This document shows, piece after piece, positions 49,637 to 60,421 of a DNA stretch of 64,000 bases (positions are counted from its first letter, which is position 1; the number at the start of each line of letters is the position of its first letter). The position numbers and the translations under genes were made by a program. This DNA is from an uncultured Rhizobiaceae group bacterium (GTDB taxonomy: Bacteria; Pseudomonadota; Alphaproteobacteria; Rhizobiales; Rhizobiaceae). The DNA is taken from NCBI GenBank assembly GCA_943787415.1, contig CALSMI010000011.1, forward strand, positions 246,235 through 310,234, read 5' to 3'. The notes below the pieces were generated by a model. The model made no database searches and had not been told where the DNA came from. It was given only the letters and a program-made list of their open reading frames with translations.

Positions 49637-50617
49637 ATGGATAAATCACAGTCAGATAACGAGTTATCTCCATGTTGCGTTCCCCCGGCATCGTTTGAAA
49701 AGGGGGCGAGTAAGAGTTCAAAGTCGGCCAAGCTATTGCAATCGCAAGACCTGGTCGACGGAGTTAAACCATCCCGTTTGATTTCCTTGCCTGCCGGGCG
49801 TGGGCTTGTCGGAACCAATAAACCACTCCTTGCGATTGATGGCGAAAGCCCCTTGCGGGAGGTCGCTATCCAGGCGTTTGAAATCGACCCCTTTGCCGTG
49901 ACCAACGCATGGTTTGAGCAGTTTGTTACACAAACCGGTTATGTCACCGATGCTGAGCAATACGGTTGGTCAGTTGTGTTTCACCACAACATGGAGACGC
50001 CCGACGATTTGCCGCGTGTTGCCAATGCCACCTGGTGGGTCCGGGTAGACGGCGCCTGCTGGAGCCATCCCAGCGGTGCTGCTTCAACAATTGACGGGTT
50101 GGAAAACCATCCTGTCACACATATTTCCTGGAATGATGCGCAAGCTTTTGCCCGATGGGCGGGTGGCCGACTGCCAAGGGAGGCAGAATGGGAGTATGCA
50201 GCCCGCGCCGGGCAGGGCGATGTTCGCTATCCGTGGGGAGACGATGAGCCAACGGATGATCAGGAGATATTTCGGTGTAATATCTGGCAGGGCGACTTTC
50301 CAAACACCAATACCGAGGCGGATGGCTATGCCGAGACGGCACCTGTTGATGCCTATGCGCCCAATCCATGGGGCCTCTACAATATGGTTGGAAATGTTTG
50401 GGAATGGTGTTCCGATGGATTCAAGATCAATTCCCTGAGGCGTCAGGCCAAACTGCGCAACCAACAGGCGGCGCAGGAATCGGAGAAACTGCTCAAGGGT
50501 GGATCGTATCTTTGTCACCGTTCCTACTGCACCCGGTATCGCACGGCTTCCCGGTCAGGAGTCAGAGCCGACTCTTCTGCGGCACATACCGGCATGCGCA
50601 TTGTGTTTGATGCCTGA
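49637..50617 (+). CDS. formylglycine-generating enzyme (SUMF1/FGE family)
   Basis: HPVTHISWNDAQAFARWAGGRLPREAEWEYAARAG, NIWQGDFP, PNPWGLYNMVGNVWEWCSD, GGSYLCHRSYCTRYR..R: FGE-sulfatase domain signatures including the paired Cys. No signal peptide is evident. Confidence 0.85.
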   Translation: MDKSQSDNELSPCCVPPASFEKGASKSSKSAKLLQSQDLVDGVKPSRLISLPAGRGLVGTNKPLLAIDGESPLREVAIQAFEIDPFAVTNAWFEQFVTQTGYVTDAEQYGWSVVFHHNMETPDDLPRVANATWWVRVDGACWSHPSGAASTIDGLENHPVTHISWNDAQAFARWAGGRLPREAEWEYAARAGQGDVRYPWGDDEPTDDQEIFRCNIWQGDFPNTNTEADGYAETAPVDAYAPNPWGLYNMVGNVWEWCSDGFKINSLRRQAKLRNQQAAQESEKLLKGGSYLCHRSYCTRYRTASRSGVRADSSAAHTGMRIVFDA

Positions 50618-50791
50618 TAAAATTCACATTCGAAAGTGATCTGATACGGCATTGCCAGAGCCGCACGCCAGCGATGTGATGCATTGGTTTTCAAAACGTC
50701 GTGATCGAAAACTTATCTGTTGCTGGATGCGCGATAAACTATAAGCTGTTGCATCAAAATTGAGAATTTCCATAACCAACAGGAATGCATC

Positions 50792-51724
50792 ATGGATCTG
50801 CGCCAGCTTCAATACTTCATGACGGTTTTGGAAAACCGCAGCTTTGGCCGGGCGGCGGAAATTCTTCATATTTCTCAACCGGCGCTTTCCAAGGCGGTCA
50901 AACGCCTTGAGGACGATTTGGGGGTAAAACTACTCGACCGCTTGCCGCGCGGAGTTTCTCCCACCTTATTCGGTGAGGCATTGGCGGCCCACGCCAGTTT
51001 GATCGACGGAGAAATAGGCCGCGCCAAGGACGCAATCGAGGCGTTGAAGGAAGGAAATTCCGGACGCGTAGTAGTTGGTGCTGGGTCATCGATGCGAATT
51101 GAACTAATGCCAGAGGCAGCGGTGCGATTGCGGCGTCGTCATCCTGACGTGAAAATAGAACTGGTGGGAGAGCTCTATGATGATCTTCTGCCAGATTTGC
51201 AAAACGGTTTGCTGGATCTTTCCCTGTCGATGATCCCGACAACTGATACGACACCAGACCTCATTTGTGAGCCGCTTTACATTGACAAGACTCATCCCAC
51301 GGTACGTGTCGGGCACAGATTGCTGGATCAACCATCGTTGAAAATTGAGGACTGCCAGGGCTATGACTGGATTCTTCCAAAAAGCGAAAATCTTGGCAGG
51401 CGGCATTTGGATGCGTTTTATCTGAAACTCAATTTGCTGGCTCCGGTGCCCGTCATTGAGACCAATTCCACCATATTTGCCATTCAAACCATTCGCCGGA
51501 GCGATTTGATCGGTTGGCATCCAACGCGGGTAATCGGAAATTCCGACGAAACGGGCCTGGCGGCTCTTCCCATCGATGAGATTACCTTGACCCGAACCGT
51601 CGGTATTACCACTCGCCGGGCAAGTGTATTGTCACCTGCCGCATTGCTGCTGATTGAGGAACTGAAACAGGTGAGTGCTGAAATGATCGAAGCGGGAGTC
51701 GTGTTGCCGCTGCCGTCCAACTAA
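50792..51724 (+). CDS. LysR-family transcriptional regulator
   Basis: N-terminal wHTH MDLRQLQYFMTVLENRSFGRAAEILHISQPALSKAVKRLEDDLGVKLLDR, plus a C-terminal substrate-binding domain. Confidence 0.9.
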   Translation: MDLRQLQYFMTVLENRSFGRAAEILHISQPALSKAVKRLEDDLGVKLLDRLPRGVSPTLFGEALAAHASLIDGEIGRAKDAIEALKEGNSGRVVVGAGSSMRIELMPEAAVRLRRRHPDVKIELVGELYDDLLPDLQNGLLDLSLSMIPTTDTTPDLICEPLYIDKTHPTVRVGHRLLDQPSLKIEDCQGYDWILPKSENLGRRHLDAFYLKLNLLAPVPVIETNSTIFAIQTIRRSDLIGWHPTRVIGNSDETGLAALPIDEITLTRTVGITTRRASVLSPAALLLIEELKQVSAEMIEAGVVLPLPSN

Positions 51725-51832
51725 TCGGCTTGCCATTACCAACGGTTATCGATCCGGGTGCAGGCGTGAATTGTTTGACGGTACTCTCCATGAAATGATG
51801 GGCCTGACAACATCCGCAAAGGACCGTTTCAA

Positions 51833-53311
51833 GTGACCGACAAGCGCCCCAATATTCTATTCATTCTGACCGACCAGCATGCCTTCAACATTCTGGGGTG
51901 TTGCGGTGATGAAATTGTTCGCACACCCAACATGGACCGGCTTGCCAGCCAGGGGGTCAGGTTCTCCAACGCCTATACGGCCTCGCCGATCTGTGTGCCG
52001 GCGCGCATGTCGCTTTTGACAGGGCAATATCCGTATAAACAGCAATGCTGGGCGAACAGCGACAGCCTGGCCTCTGATATTCCCACCACCGCCCACGCGC
52101 TGGGTGCGGCTGGCTACCGGCCACTTCTGGTCGGGCGCATGCACGCTATCGGACCGGACCAGATTCACGGATTTGCGGAACGTGACATTGGTGATCACAT
52201 CACCGATTGGTACGGAGGTACGCCTTATTCGATGGGAGTGTTGGATAAGGCGCAACGGCCGTTTCGTGAAAGCCTGGTGAACTCTGGCCCTGGGCAGATG
52301 AGTTATGAACTGGTTGATCGGGAAGTCACAAGACGCACGCTTGAGCGGTTGGACGAAATTGCGGCGTCCCGACACGCAGGCGATGAAACGCCATTTTCGC
52401 TCAATGTGGGATATATGCTGCCGCACCAGCCCTATGTGGCTGCCCCCGAAATCTATGCCTATTACGAAGGCAAGGTCGGTCCCCCAAGATTGCCGCGAGC
52501 CGATGAAGGGGAGGAAACATATCTGGCCTGGTGGCGCCAACAAACCGGGCTGAACGACATCAGTGTCGAAGACGAAATCCGCGCTCGCACTGCCTATTAC
52601 GCCCTGGTTGAGACGATCGATATCGAGATTGGCAAAGTTTTGTCCAAACTTGAAGAACTCGGCCTGGATGAAAATACGCTCATCATCTACGCCTCCGACC
52701 ATGGTGATCAACTAGGTGAGCGCGATCTGTGGTGGAAGCAAACCTTCTATGAGGAATCGGTGAAAGTGCCGTTGATCATGAAGTGGACGGGGCACATTCC
52801 CGAGGGCGAGTGCCGGTCGCAGGTGGTCAATCTCGTAGACCTTTCCGCAACGCTCGTTGATGCCGGGCAAGGGCCGCAATTGCCTAATGCCGATGGGCAA
52901 AGCCTATTGCCGCTCGCAATCGACGGGGCAACGGAATGGCAAAATGAGACCTATTCGGAATATTGCACCGATGGTCTTTTGGCCTGGTCCGGTGGCAGGG
53001 TCCTGCAATCGCGGATGGTGAGATGCGGCAAATGGAAGTTTAACTACTATCACAATTGCCCGCATCAGCTGTTTGATCTGGAGGCCGACCCCGACGAGAT
53101 GAACAATCTGATCGATGATCCGGACTGTCAGAAGGTGGCCAGTGAAATGCGGGAAAAGGTTTTGACTGGTTGGAACCCGGATGAGATCGACAACACAATC
53201 AAGTCCCGGAACGGTGAGAAGGCCATATTGAAGGCCTGGGCGCAAAGTGTGAAACCAGCTGACAAGTATCGTTGGGAAACACGGGCCGAGGACAATTGGC
53301 TGGTTAGATAG
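51833..53311 (+). CDS. Cys-type sulfatase (no signal peptide)
   Basis: NILFILTDQH and SPICVPARMSLLTG (CxPxR FGly motif), plus ..YASDHGD... The N-terminus starts directly with the catalytic domain. Confidence 0.85.
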   Translation: MTDKRPNILFILTDQHAFNILGCCGDEIVRTPNMDRLASQGVRFSNAYTASPICVPARMSLLTGQYPYKQQCWANSDSLASDIPTTAHALGAAGYRPLLVGRMHAIGPDQIHGFAERDIGDHITDWYGGTPYSMGVLDKAQRPFRESLVNSGPGQMSYELVDREVTRRTLERLDEIAASRHAGDETPFSLNVGYMLPHQPYVAAPEIYAYYEGKVGPPRLPRADEGEETYLAWWRQQTGLNDISVEDEIRARTAYYALVETIDIEIGKVLSKLEELGLDENTLIIYASDHGDQLGERDLWWKQTFYEESVKVPLIMKWTGHIPEGECRSQVVNLVDLSATLVDAGQGPQLPNADGQSLLPLAIDGATEWQNETYSEYCTDGLLAWSGGRVLQSRMVRCGKWKFNYYHNCPHQLFDLEADPDEMNNLIDDPDCQKVASEMREKVLTGWNPDEIDNTIKSRNGEKAILKAWAQSVKPADKYRWETRAEDNWLVR

Positions 53312-53338
53312 TGCGATACGTCTGCAACAACGTGTCAG

Positions 53339-54325
53339 TCAGGCCAAATGGCAAGCCACGGAATGCCCCGAGCCGAAAGTCTTGAATTCAGGAACTTCCT
53401 GTCTGCAACGGGGCTCAGCCAGCGGGCATCTTGTGTGAAACCGGCAGCCGGCAGGCGGGTTGCTGGGGCTTGGAATGTCGCCCTTCAGTGATCGGTCGGC
53501 GGAAGGTTTGATTTTGGGATTTGGTGTGGGAATGGCGGCAACCAATGCCTTTGTGTAGGGATGCCGTGGGTTTTTGAATAATTCATGGCGCTCAGCGACT
53601 TCCACGATGCGGCCAAGATACATCACTGCAATCCGATGGCTGATCTGGGCAACAACTGCCAGATCGTGGGCGATGAAAAGGTAGGAAAGTCCCAGGTCCT
53701 TTTGCAGATCAGAGAACAGGTTGATGACCTGTGCCTGAACCGACACATCAAGGGCCGACACCGGTTCGTCTGCAATTATCAATTTGGGGCTGAGCGCCAG
53801 AGCCCTTGCGATTCCAATGCGTTGGCGCTGACCACCTGAAAACTCATTGGCGTAGTTGCGGGTGTGTGATGGCTGCAAACCGACCTTGCGGAATATGTCG
53901 ATGACCATATCGTCGGCTTCCCGGCCTGATGCGATCCCGTGCAGGCGGATGGCTTCGGCAACAATCTTGCCAACTGGTATGCGTGGGTTCAAAGACGAAT
54001 AGGGGTCCTGAAACACCATTTGAACCTTGCGGCGGTGGTTGAACATTTCTGAGCTGCTTGATTTTGTAATATCGACACCGTCCAACCGCACCTCGCCCGA
54101 AGTTGGCTCCACCAATCGCATCACACTTTTACCAAAGGTGGATTTTCCAGAGCCGCTTTCACCCACCAGCCCGAGAGTTTCGCCCTGATTGATGGATAGT
54201 GAGACCCCGTCGACGGCTCGAACATGACCGCTTATGCGTGAAAACACGCCGTTCCTGACTGGAAAATGGGTTTTCAGGTCCGTCACCTGCAACACCGGAC
54301 CATTGGAGTTTGGAGCTGCGGTCAT
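53339..54325 (-). CDS. ABC transporter ATP-binding protein (OppF/DppF-like)
   Basis: Walker A GESGSGKST, signature FSGGQRQRIGIARAL, Walker B LIIADEPVSALD, and the C-terminal oligopeptide-type extension. The ATG at 54325 overlaps the upstream gene's stop (ATGA). The ORF-track start at 54424 is an extension. Confidence 0.85.
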   Translation of the reverse strand: MTAAPNSNGPVLQVTDLKTHFPVRNGVFSRISGHVRAVDGVSLSINQGETLGLVGESGSGKSTFGKSVMRLVEPTSGEVRLDGVDITKSSSSEMFNHRRKVQMVFQDPYSSLNPRIPVGKIVAEAIRLHGIASGREADDMVIDIFRKVGLQPSHTRNYANEFSGGQRQRIGIARALALSPKLIIADEPVSALDVSVQAQVINLFSDLQKDLGLSYLFIAHDLAVVAQISHRIAVMYLGRIVEVAERHELFKNPRHPYTKALVAAIPTPNPKIKPSADRSLKGDIPSPSNPPAGCRFHTRCPLAEPRCRQEVPEFKTFGSGHSVACHLA

Positions 54326-55314
54326 TGAAATGGTGCCTCGTGCCAGCACGCTGCCCAATGGCCTTTGCTCTTTTCTTCTAAAACCGGCCTTTCCTTGCCG
54401 CACCGTTCGGTTGCAAATGTGCATCGGTCAAAAAACGCGCATCCCGACCGTAATTCGGACAATAGCGGCACCGTGCCCGGTATCTCTGTCAATCGCTCAG
54501 GAGCCCCGTCGGCTGCGGCAATTTGGTCAAGCCTTGGAATAGCCGTCATCAGTCCCACCGTGTAAGGATGACGCGGCCGCTCAAACAGCCCATGGATGTC
54601 GGCTTCCTCAACTTTGCGTCCGGCATACATAACGACCACCCGATCGGCGACTTCGGCCACGACGCCGAGATCATGGGTGATCATGACTACCGCAATTCCC
54701 AGTTTTTCCTGCAATTGCTTGATCAGGATAAGGATCTGCGCCTGAATGGTGACGTCGAGTGCCGTGGTTGGCTCATCGGCAATGAGCACCTTGGGATCGC
54801 AAGCCAGTGCCATGGCAATCATCACCCGCTGACGCATGCCGCCGGACATTTCGTGCGGATAGCCGCTCAACCAGGACTTGGAATCTGGAATCTGCACCAG
54901 ATCAAGCATTTCGCGGGCCCGGTCCAAGGCGTCTTTCTTGCTCAGTCCAAGATGGCGGATCAAGGGTTCGCTGATCTGATTGCCGACGGTCATCATCGGG
55001 TTCAGAGAAGTCATCGGTTCTTGAAAGATCATCGAGATTTCTTTGCCGCGGATGTCTCGGATGCGGTGGTCCGGTACCTGGGTCAGGTCTTCGCCCTCGA
55101 ACATCACCGAGCCGCCGACAATTTTGCCGGGCGGGTTGGGAATTAGTCGCAGAACCGAAAGGGATGTAACACTTTTTCCGCAACCCGATTCCCCCACGAC
55201 CCCCAGCGTTTCTCCGTGATTGACATAATAGCTCACGCCGTCGACGGCCCGCACAATTCCCGAGCGGGTTTCAAACTGTGTCTGCAGGTTGTTTAGTTCA
55301 AGGACAGGTTTCAT
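54322..55314 (-). CDS. ABC transporter ATP-binding protein (OppD/DppD-like)
   Basis: Walker A GESGCGKSV, signature MSGGMRQRVMIAMAL, Walker B VLIADEPTTALD. Confidence 0.85.
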   Translation of the reverse strand: MKPVLELNNLQTQFETRSGIVRAVDGVSYYVNHGETLGVVGESGCGKSVTSLSVLRLIPNPPGKIVGGSVMFEGEDLTQVPDHRIRDIRGKEISMIFQEPMTSLNPMMTVGNQISEPLIRHLGLSKKDALDRAREMLDLVQIPDSKSWLSGYPHEMSGGMRQRVMIAMALACDPKVLIADEPTTALDVTIQAQILILIKQLQEKLGIAVVMITHDLGVVAEVADRVVVMYAGRKVEEADIHGLFERPRHPYTVGLMTAIPRLDQIAAADGAPERLTEIPGTVPLLSELRSGCAFFDRCTFATERCGKERPVLEEKSKGHWAACWHEAPFQ

Positions 55315-55323
55315 GGTTAGCGA

Positions 55324-56856
55324 TCAGGCCATGCCAACGGGGATTTTGGGTTCGATCATGTCATCGGGTCGCGAGCGGATCATGTCGGTAAGCTCGTTTC
55401 GCAAAGCTGTGTAACCCGAATCGTCGAACAAATTGTCCATTTCATGCGGGTCATCCTGCAGGTTATACATTTCGCCGGCGCCAGATATTTCCTCCAGTGT
55501 CAATTTTGCGGTTTTGGTCCGAACGGTGCGCAAGTTCAATTGGACGCCGTTGCGAGACGGCCGCAAATCCCATTCGCTGCGGGCAAAATCCCTTGGCTCG
55601 GATTTGCCCTCCAGCAAAGGCCGCAGGCTTTTGCCGTGCTGCAGCAATTCTGGGGAAATGCCGGAATAGTCGTGGAATGTGGGTGCCAGATCAACCGTCG
55701 AGATCGGTTCGTCGACGACCTGTTGCTGTTTGATTCCCGGTCCGCGCGCAATGCAGCCAACCCGCAGCAAGCCATCATAGAGCATCGGCCCTTTCAGCAA
55801 CAATCCATGATCTCCAAGCCATTCGCCATGATCGGCGGTGAAGATAACAATTGTATTGTCCGACAGTCCCAGTTCATCAAGCACGGTCAGGATACGACCT
55901 ACATTGTGATCGATCAGCGAGATCATGCCATAGTAATTGGCGATGGTGTGGCGCAGGCGATGTTCGTTCGGGGGTTCAACCCGTGAATATGTGGCGCGAT
56001 GTTTGCGCAACACTGCGTCTTCAATCTGCGGCGTTCCCTCAAGGCTGGCCGCATGCCACCAGGGCCGCCGGTCCAGGTCGCGTTCCATGTGATGCGGCAC
56101 ATCGACTTCGTCGGGATGGTGCGCATAGCACCAGGGTTCTGGGCAATCAAAGGGCGTATGGGGATCGGGAAACGATGTCCACATGACGAAGTTCTCGTCC
56201 TTGTGGTTTTCCAGATAGCGGATCGTTTGATTGCCTACCCAGGTGGAATGGTGCCAGGCGGAGGGCAGGGCGGAATTCCACGTTTGTGGCGCTCCAACAT
56301 CCGGCGGCAGATGGGTGTCCCAAAGGGCCATTTTTTCCGGCCCGCGCCCATCGGCATAAAGCCACTTTTCATAATGCAGCGTGTCCGGCGGCGGTGCCGG
56401 GCGGCCATGGGTATAGTGCCCCAGGATCATCGTCTCCATGTGATCAAAGCCCATATAGGGCCCCATCCAGTCTTCCGGCAGGTCGGGAATGGTGGATTTG
56501 TCCTCAGGCGTGCCGGTTGGCTCAAACGTATGGTGGGTGGAGAAATGGGTCTTGCCAACAAAGGCACTGTTGTAGCCGGCTCGTTCCAGGGTTCGTGCAA
56601 ACCCCAGTTCACCCAGTGGTGTCTCCAGGTCGATGCCGTTGTCGCTGACACCGTGGGTGCAGGGAAAGAGCCCCGTCAGAATGGAAGCGCGGGACGGTTG
56701 GCACACGGCATTGGGCGTGATGCAGTTGGAAAACTGCGTGCCTTCACGCGCCATCCGGTCGAGATGTGGGGTTTTGACCTTGCGGCCTTCAAACCCGAAG
56801 CAATCGCCCCGGTGCTGGTCCGATGTAATCAGCAGAATGTTGGGTTTTTTGCTCAT
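55324..56856 (-). CDS. Cys-type sulfatase (no signal peptide)
   Basis: NILLITSDQHRGD and AVCQPSRASILTG (CxPxR), plus FTADHGE. It is embedded between the permease and ATPase genes of the ABC operon. Confidence 0.85.
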   Translation of the reverse strand: MSKKPNILLITSDQHRGDCFGFEGRKVKTPHLDRMAREGTQFSNCITPNAVCQPSRASILTGLFPCTHGVSDNGIDLETPLGELGFARTLERAGYNSAFVGKTHFSTHHTFEPTGTPEDKSTIPDLPEDWMGPYMGFDHMETMILGHYTHGRPAPPPDTLHYEKWLYADGRGPEKMALWDTHLPPDVGAPQTWNSALPSAWHHSTWVGNQTIRYLENHKDENFVMWTSFPDPHTPFDCPEPWCYAHHPDEVDVPHHMERDLDRRPWWHAASLEGTPQIEDAVLRKHRATYSRVEPPNEHRLRHTIANYYGMISLIDHNVGRILTVLDELGLSDNTIVIFTADHGEWLGDHGLLLKGPMLYDGLLRVGCIARGPGIKQQQVVDEPISTVDLAPTFHDYSGISPELLQHGKSLRPLLEGKSEPRDFARSEWDLRPSRNGVQLNLRTVRTKTAKLTLEEISGAGEMYNLQDDPHEMDNLFDDSGYTALRNELTDMIRSRPDDMIEPKIPVGMA

Positions 56857-56866
56857 GAGTGCTCCT

Positions 56867-57766
56867 CTAGACAGCGCTGCCGCCGCGTGGATCCAGATGA
56901 TCCCGCAGACCGTCGCCCAGCAGGTTGAAGGCGATCATGGTGAGAAATAGAAACAGCCCCGGAAAAACCGAAATCCAAGGCGCAAAGGTCAGATATTCGT
57001 TGCCCTTGGCGATCATCGTGCCCCAGCTAGGGGTCGGTTCCTGAATACCCATGCCCAAGAAGCTGAGGGTCGATTCCGTCAGGATCACATTGCCCAGCAA
57101 TACAGAGGCCAAAACGATGATCGGGCCGATGCAATTGGGCAGGATATGGACGAAGATGATGCGCAGGTTGCTCATCCCGATTGCATGGCATGCAGTGACA
57201 TAGTCCTGCGACTTGACGCTGAGAACCGATCCGCGGGCAACGCGGGCAAACTGGGTTATCCTGCGGATTGAAAGTGCGAGCACGATGGATGGCAGGCTTG
57301 GACCAAGCACGCTGACCAACGCCAGTGCCATGATAATGCCAGGGATCGACATAAAAATTTCAACAATGCGCATGATGATTTCGTCAACCCAGCCGCCCAG
57401 ATATCCAGACACGGCACCGATCGTCACGCCGGTCAGGAGGCCGAACAACACGGTCACCAGGCCAATGGACAGTGATGTGCGCGCACCATAAATGACCCGC
57501 GAAAACACATCGCGACCGGCCTGATCTGTCCCCATCGGATGTTCCCAGCTCGGTGGCGACAGGCCGAGAGCGGGATTGATTTCATCATAGGGATAAGTCG
57601 CAACAAACGGCGCGATGACGATTAACAGCAGCAAACACATCGTCAATCCGAAGCTGAAGCGGTTCAGCTTGCTGGACAGAAAGTGCTTGAAACTCTCCTT
57701 GAGCAGCGTCCAGTCGTTTTTGGTTGCTGTGGCCTGTTCAGCTGTCTGGGATGGCGTCATGGTCAT
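56867..57766 (-). CDS. ABC transporter permease (OppC/DppC-like)
   Basis: Six-TM BPD-transport permease with an EAA-like loop region. Overlaps the upstream permease gene. Confidence 0.8.
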   Translation of the reverse strand: MTMTPSQTAEQATATKNDWTLLKESFKHFLSSKLNRFSFGLTMCLLLLIVIAPFVATYPYDEINPALGLSPPSWEHPMGTDQAGRDVFSRVIYGARTSLSIGLVTVLFGLLTGVTIGAVSGYLGGWVDEIIMRIVEIFMSIPGIIMALALVSVLGPSLPSIVLALSIRRITQFARVARGSVLSVKSQDYVTACHAIGMSNLRIIFVHILPNCIGPIIVLASVLLGNVILTESTLSFLGMGIQEPTPSWGTMIAKGNEYLTFAPWISVFPGLFLFLTMIAFNLLGDGLRDHLDPRGGSAV

Positions 57767-58710
57767 ACGCGTATCCTCGGGTCGATGACCACATAGAGCA
57801 GATCGACGATCAGATTTGACAGGGCAAAGGCAATGCCAATCACTAGAACCGCCCCCTGGATGAGCAGAATATCCTTTTCATAAATTCCTTCGATCAGCAG
57901 GCTGCCGAGACCTGGCAGGGAGAAGATGAATTCAACTGCAACGGCTCCGCCCATCAGATTGGCAAACTGAAATCCAATTACGGTGACCACCGGATTTATG
58001 GCGTTGCGCAAACCGTGCACCATGAAAACCCGCCACTTGCCCAGACCTTTTGCCGTGGCGGTGCGGATCATGTCCTGGGAAAGAACTTCAAGCATGCTGG
58101 AGCGGGTCATGCGGGCAATCAGCGCCGCCGGGTGCAGGGCAATGGCAAGGGTGGGCAATGCCATCGCGATCAGACCATGTTCAGATACGGGCCCATTCAT
58201 CGGAAAAATCGGGATCGCGAACGAAAAGGTCAGCATCAGCACCAGGGCAAACCAGAAGGTCGGTGTGCTGACCCCGATGATGGCGATCATCCGCGCCACA
58301 TAGTCCATGCTGCGGCCCCTGAACACGGCGGACACGATGCCCAGGGCCATGCCGGATACGATGGCGGTGGACATTGTGAGGATCAGCAGCAGCATTGTTG
58401 TCGGCAATGCCTCAAATACCATTTCCGATACTGCGGTGCTGCTGACATAGGAGGTGCCAAAATTGCCCTGCAGCGCGCGCCCCAGCCACTGCAGATATTG
58501 TACGATCAGCGGTTTATTGAGCCCCAGTTCTTCTCGCACCCGAGCCAGTTCGTCCGGGTCGATCATCGATTCACCGTCCAGATCCAGGCCCATCGCAGCA
58601 ATAGCCGGGTCGCCGGGCGACATGTGGCCCAGCAAAAAGGCCAGCGTTGCCACCCCGAGGATCGTCGGAACGGACAGCAGCAAGCGGCGAAGGATGACGG
58701 TAGTCAACAT
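57763..58710 (-). CDS. ABC transporter permease (OppB/DppB-like)
   Basis: MLTTVILRRLLLSVPTILGV... is a typical OppB/DppB N-terminus. 315 aa. Confidence 0.8.
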   Translation of the reverse strand: MLTTVILRRLLLSVPTILGVATLAFLLGHMSPGDPAIAAMGLDLDGESMIDPDELARVREELGLNKPLIVQYLQWLGRALQGNFGTSYVSSTAVSEMVFEALPTTMLLLILTMSTAIVSGMALGIVSAVFRGRSMDYVARMIAIIGVSTPTFWFALVLMLTFSFAIPIFPMNGPVSEHGLIAMALPTLAIALHPAALIARMTRSSMLEVLSQDMIRTATAKGLGKWRVFMVHGLRNAINPVVTVIGFQFANLMGGAVAVEFIFSLPGLGSLLIEGIYEKDILLIQGAVLVIGIAFALSNLIVDLLYVVIDPRIRV

Positions 58711-58812
58711 GGTTCAGACCGTATCATCAAGTGGAAAACTAGCCGCCGTCAAGCGAACTGGTGGGGCATTGGCTTCCGCCCATTTGGGAGCAATGGGCGG
58801 AAGCGACAGTTG

Positions 58813-60372
58813 TTACTTGTCGAGCCAGACCCGACGCAGATCCTCACGACCTTTCAGTTTGCCGGTCTCAAAATTCATAACGTAAGACTGGCGAGCGGTC
58901 CGATGGTTGCGGTAATTGAGGAAAATATACGGCACGTCCTCAAAGACGAGCGACTGCAATTCCTTGATCTGGGCACGAACCGCATCGGGATCTTCGGTTT
59001 TGACGATCTCGTTGGCGAGTTCGTTGGCTCGCGCGTTCTGATAGCCACCTTCCTTGTTGTAATAGGTGTAATTGCCCGTGCCATCGGAGGAGAACAGGTT
59101 CCAGGCATAGTCCTTCATGTTGGGTCCCCCCAGCATCTGCCACAGGATCATGTGGTAATTGCCCGAATACATGTTCGACAGGGCTTGTCCCATCGAAATG
59201 TTCTGCACATTCAGATCAATGCCGACGGCTTTCAGCTGGGCCTGGATCAGCACGCCACGCTGCACATGGGCACCACCTGAACCGGTTTCCATATTCAATG
59301 TCAGCTTCTTGCCGCCGGGGCCATAGCCCGCATCTGCCAGTAGTTTTTTGGCCTTTTCGACGTCCTGACGAATTCCCGACAGATCTTCGGCTTTTTCAAA
59401 ACCGGGATGCCAAGGCGGGAAGATCGACTCGATTTCTTCGCCCGCACCGCCATAGACATTGTCAATGAGAACGCGCCCGTTGACAGCCAGTTGGATCGCC
59501 TGGCGCACGCGTTTGTCAGCCAGGGCGGGATGTTTGGTGTTCAGCGGCAGAATGGTCAGGGTCGACGCCTTGCCTTCCTGCACAGACACATTGGTTACGC
59601 CTTCAAACTGAGGGAATTGCGATTCAGGGAACGTGTTAATGACGTCCAGATCGCCCTTCTTGACCGACAGAATGCGAACGCTGCCGGACTTGATCGTCCG
59701 TGCCTGATAACCATCAAGGCAAGGTTCGCCGGTGCGGTAATAATTTGGATTGCGTTCCAACGCCAGCAAGCTTTTAGCCTTGAACGACTTGAACATGAAC
59801 GGGCCGGTGCCAGCTGCACCTTTGATGCCGTAACTCTTGCCCAATTCCTCGATTTTGGCAGGCGAGGCAAAGCGAAGGGATGTGGCTGCTTCCCATAGGA
59901 AGGAAGGCCATTTTTCCTTGAATTCGAATTTGACGGTATGGTCGTCGATCACGGTTATGGCACTGAGGAAGCGTTTCCAAGTCCCGGTATAGGGTGACTT
60001 GACCTCGCCCTTGATCAACCGGTCAGCGTTGTATTTTACCGCCTGTGCGTTGAAGTCGGTGCCGTCGTGAAATTTTACGCCCTTGCGCAATTTAAAGACG
60101 AATGTGGTGTCGTCCACCTGTGTTGGCATGGCTTCAGCAAGGCCTGGTGCGAGGCTGAGATCGTAATTGACATCCAGCAGGGCATCATAGACCAGCCGCA
60201 TCTGATAGACCGGGTTGGCCCGTTGGGTTGGGTCGACGGACTTGTAGTGCATGTCCACGGTCTTAAGTACGCCGCCGCGTTTTGGGCAGACTTCATCTGC
60301 CAGCGCAGCTCCGGAACTGTTGAGGAACGCTGCAAATGCGGCGACCATCGTGATTTTTGCCATTAGTTTCAT
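58813..60372 (-). CDS. ABC transporter substrate-binding protein, family 5 (peptide/opine/nickel type)
   Basis: Signal peptide (MKLMAKITMVAAFAAFLNSSGAALA), 519 aa, family-5 SBP-like pattern (..YKSVDPT.., ..NPNYYR..). Confidence 0.8.
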   Translation of the reverse strand: MKLMAKITMVAAFAAFLNSSGAALADEVCPKRGGVLKTVDMHYKSVDPTQRANPVYQMRLVYDALLDVNYDLSLAPGLAEAMPTQVDDTTFVFKLRKGVKFHDGTDFNAQAVKYNADRLIKGEVKSPYTGTWKRFLSAITVIDDHTVKFEFKEKWPSFLWEAATSLRFASPAKIEELGKSYGIKGAAGTGPFMFKSFKAKSLLALERNPNYYRTGEPCLDGYQARTIKSGSVRILSVKKGDLDVINTFPESQFPQFEGVTNVSVQEGKASTLTILPLNTKHPALADKRVRQAIQLAVNGRVLIDNVYGGAGEEIESIFPPWHPGFEKAEDLSGIRQDVEKAKKLLADAGYGPGGKKLTLNMETGSGGAHVQRGVLIQAQLKAVGIDLNVQNISMGQALSNMYSGNYHMILWQMLGGPNMKDYAWNLFSSDGTGNYTYYNKEGGYQNARANELANEIVKTEDPDAVRAQIKELQSLVFEDVPYIFLNYRNHRTARQSYVMNFETGKLKGREDLRRVWLDK

Positions 60373-60421
60373 TTCTCTCTCTCCCTGTTTAATTGTATTA
60401 AGTTTACTTGTTATTTCGCCA

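Noticed and set aside
58015-59280. A 421-aa ORF on the plus strand. Similar long antisense ORFs are 55999-56928, 51857-52711, 29997-30851, 19057-19803, 16343-17041 and 9037-9759.
   Set aside because: Each lies entirely antisense to a gene with unmistakable family motifs (permease/SBP, sulfatases, hldE, groEL, LLM oxidoreductase, ftsH). Their translations are Arg/His/Gly-rich and low-complexity, with no recognisable motif. They are typical shadow ORFs of GC-biased coding DNA.
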